From Candidatus Hermodarchaeota archaeon (GTDB lineage: Archaea; Asgardarchaeota; Lokiarchaeia; Sigyniarchaeales; SOKP01), in assembly GCA_048885535.1 (NCBI GenBank), contig JBHLLO010000064.1, positions 1-17,695 of the forward strand: a stretch of 17,695 nucleotides of DNA, written 5' to 3'. Below the pieces are notes generated by a model that saw nothing but the letters and a program-made list of their open reading frames with translations, did not search any database and was not told where the DNA came from. Of the stretch, positions 15,622-17,695 are shown in pieces; position 1 is the stretch's first letter; each line of letters starts with the position of its first letter. The position numbers were made by a program, and so were the translations under genes.

Positions 15622-17652
15622 ATGGCAAGTAAAGATTTAGAACATATTTCCTTTTCATTAGAGAAAGAAATAAAGAAATTTGAACGTGAAAAAGTTAAAC
15701 AAAAGGAACTTCAAAAAAATCTAGGAGTAATTTACACTCCTCAGAAAATAGCAGATTTTATGGTTAGACAAGCCTTAAAGCTATATTTTAGTGATCTTCT
15801 TGCTATAGATCAAAATAGTGATTTTGAAAAACTCCTTTCAATTATTGCCAAAAATCAAAATATTAAAAATAATTTGATTAATATAATTCAGGCTTTAAAG
15901 ATTTTAGATCCAGCATGTGGTACAGGGAGATTTTTGATCTCAATAGCTAAAAATCTGTTATTAATTTATAAAAATCTCTATCCGGATATGTTAGATTACG
16001 ATATCAAGAGAAATATTATTAAGAGGAACCTTTTTGGTGTCGATATTGAACTATCAGCCATTAAAATAAGTAGATTAAGATTAATTAAATGGTTATTATC
16101 AGGTTTACAGAGAGAAGATAACTTTAAATTACAGGTTGATAATATCGAAGAGATTTCAGAGAAATGTGGAATAGTTTTCAACTTTTATAATACTGATTTT
16201 CTCTTAGATTTTAATTTATCAAATTTTGATCTTATTATCGGAAATCCTCCCTACATTGAAAACAAAAAAATTTTTGATAAGAATTATAAAAAACAACTAA
16301 CAGATAGGTTTAGTGCCGCTTATAGATTATATGATCTTTCTATATTATTCATTGAAAAATCATTAGAAGTTTTGAAACAAAATAAAGGAATACTTTCATT
16401 TCTAACAACAAATAAATTCTTGGCAGCAGATTATGGAGTAAAAATTCGAGAAGTGCTTGTAAATAAAGTTGAAATTAAAGAGATAATAGATTTATCTTCA
16501 ATTCCTGTGTTTCAAAACATTGCTGCCTATCCCATCATCATAAACTTAAGGAATAGAACTCCAAAGAATGGACCTATAATTCTAAAAAAAATAAGAGATT
16601 TGCACGTGATGGAAAACGAAATATCAACTATTTTGGATACATTTCAACAAAATTCAATCAATTTACTTCCAGAACGTGTAATTCCCCTTTCTAAAAATCT
16701 AAATCTAGTAAAATATCTATACAAAAATTATAAGCCAATGGCAAAAGTGATTCCTGATCTTAAAATTGTTTATAGGCCTTATGGATTTATAAACTGGTCC
16801 GAAAATTTCAACCATGTTTCTGAAAAACCCGCTTCTAATAGAGATTTATTACTGATTGGAACAGGAAATGTAGGAAAATTTCATATAAACTTCAAGAAAC
16901 CTATTAGAATAGCTCAACGTAAATTAAATATTTGTTATTTTAATTATAACCAAATTTTTGAACCCAAATGGAATGGTTTAAGTGTGGAAAAATTAATTTT
17001 CAGAGAAATTGCCAAAGATCTAACATTTGCTTTTGATCCAGGTATTTTTACAAATATCACTGGTTTATATTTTATTGTGATTCCATCATATAATATAAAT
17101 CAAATGTTTAGTCTGATGTTGGTTTTAAACTCAGATTTAATTAACCTTGTTTTCAAAACATTATTTGGAACATTACACATGGCAGGTAATTACTTGAGAA
17201 TTAATGGAAGTTTTATTAAAAGATTGCCCCTACCTAAGGTGCTTCCAACTTCAATTTCGACCTTAGGAAAGGTAATTCAATTCCTCTCTCAACTTAAATC
17301 AGATTTCTTTGAACTGAACCGAGTTGATTTCCTTAATGGGATTGAAATCTCATTAGTAGAAAAAGTTCTCACTTTTTATAAGGAGATATCTAATTCTATA
17401 ATAAATGGGCTATATCTAAGTAAAGAAAATCAATCTTCAGATTACGAGAATTTGTTTAATTCTATAGACAATCTTCCAAAATTTCAATTAAAATATTTTT
17501 ATCCACAATTCAATTTGCCAAAGTATAGGGTTTACACGAAAAGTGAATTAAGTTCAACTTTTAATTCAATTTATTATGCATATATTGATTCAAATAATAA
17601 AAACTGCATTAAAAAGCAGTTTGAGCAATTTAGTAAACTGCTTTCAGTTTAA
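15622..17652 (+). CDS. N6-adenine DNA methyltransferase, gamma class (Eco57I/TaqI-like) with C-terminal target-recognition domain
   Basis: Motif X GVIYTP, motif I ILDPACGTGRF, FGVDI, motif IV IGNPPY, DLSILFIEKS. TaqI_C-like region EKLIFREIAK...LVLNS...YLRINGSFIKRLPLP. Confidence 0.9.
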   Translation: MASKDLEHISFSLEKEIKKFEREKVKQKELQKNLGVIYTPQKIADFMVRQALKLYFSDLLAIDQNSDFEKLLSIIAKNQNIKNNLINIIQALKILDPACGTGRFLISIAKNLLLIYKNLYPDMLDYDIKRNIIKRNLFGVDIELSAIKISRLRLIKWLLSGLQREDNFKLQVDNIEEISEKCGIVFNFYNTDFLLDFNLSNFDLIIGNPPYIENKKIFDKNYKKQLTDRFSAAYRLYDLSILFIEKSLEVLKQNKGILSFLTTNKFLAADYGVKIREVLVNKVEIKEIIDLSSIPVFQNIAAYPIIINLRNRTPKNGPIILKKIRDLHVMENEISTILDTFQQNSINLLPERVIPLSKNLNLVKYLYKNYKPMAKVIPDLKIVYRPYGFINWSENFNHVSEKPASNRDLLLIGTGNVGKFHINFKKPIRIAQRKLNICYFNYNQIFEPKWNGLSVEKLIFREIAKDLTFAFDPGIFTNITGLYFIVIPSYNINQMFSLMLVLNSDLINLVFKTLFGTLHMAGNYLRINGSFIKRLPLPKVLPTSISTLGKVIQFLSQLKSDFFELNRVDFLNGIEISLVEKVLTFYKEISNSIINGLYLSKENQSSDYENLFNSIDNLPKFQLKYFYPQFNLPKYRVYTKSELSSTFNSIYYAYIDSNNKNCIKKQFEQFSKLLSV

Positions 17653-17695
17653 ATTATAAAAAAAATGAAAAAACCTAAATTATATAATATCAAAT

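Noticed and set aside
15996-16181. 61-aa minus-strand ORF
   Set aside because: Antisense shadow of the DNA methyltransferase.
1-17695. CRISPR arrays, tRNA/rRNA genes and tandem repeats
   Set aside because: All intergenic gaps are under 300 nt and very AT-rich, with no repeated units or GC-rich structured segments visible by eye.

Overview
Very AT-rich, gene-dense archaeal chromosomal segment. Gene content (RIO2, Sm protein, eukaryote-like PPP phosphatase, multi-PAS histidine kinase, MutS1, and a probable gelsolin-fold protein) suggests an Asgard archaeon of Lokiarchaeia/Promethearchaeota type; this is an inference. Left to right: the 5' part of mutS (minus, cut by the window edge and missing from the ORF track); a 927-aa membrane protein fusing a secreted, sequon-rich domain to a MOP/Wzx-like flippase; a lysophospholipase/monoglyceride-lipase-like hydrolase; a four-subunit 2-oxoacid:ferredoxin oxidoreductase cluster (gamma, delta, alpha, beta) split between gamma and delta by an oppositely oriented orphan 4xPAS histidine kinase; a 261-aa protein with a gelsolin-like N-terminus and about 4 TM helices; RIO2; a class I methyltransferase; an Sm/Lsm protein; a gamma-glutamylcyclotransferase-like protein; a PPP phosphatase; and a gamma-class N6-adenine DNA methyltransferase with no visible nuclease. 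I saw no RNA genes, CRISPR arrays or mobile elements. The best leads are the putative membrane-anchored gelsolin, the ectodomain-flippase fusion and the kinase inside the oxidoreductase cluster. All calls come from reading motifs by eye; no searches were run.
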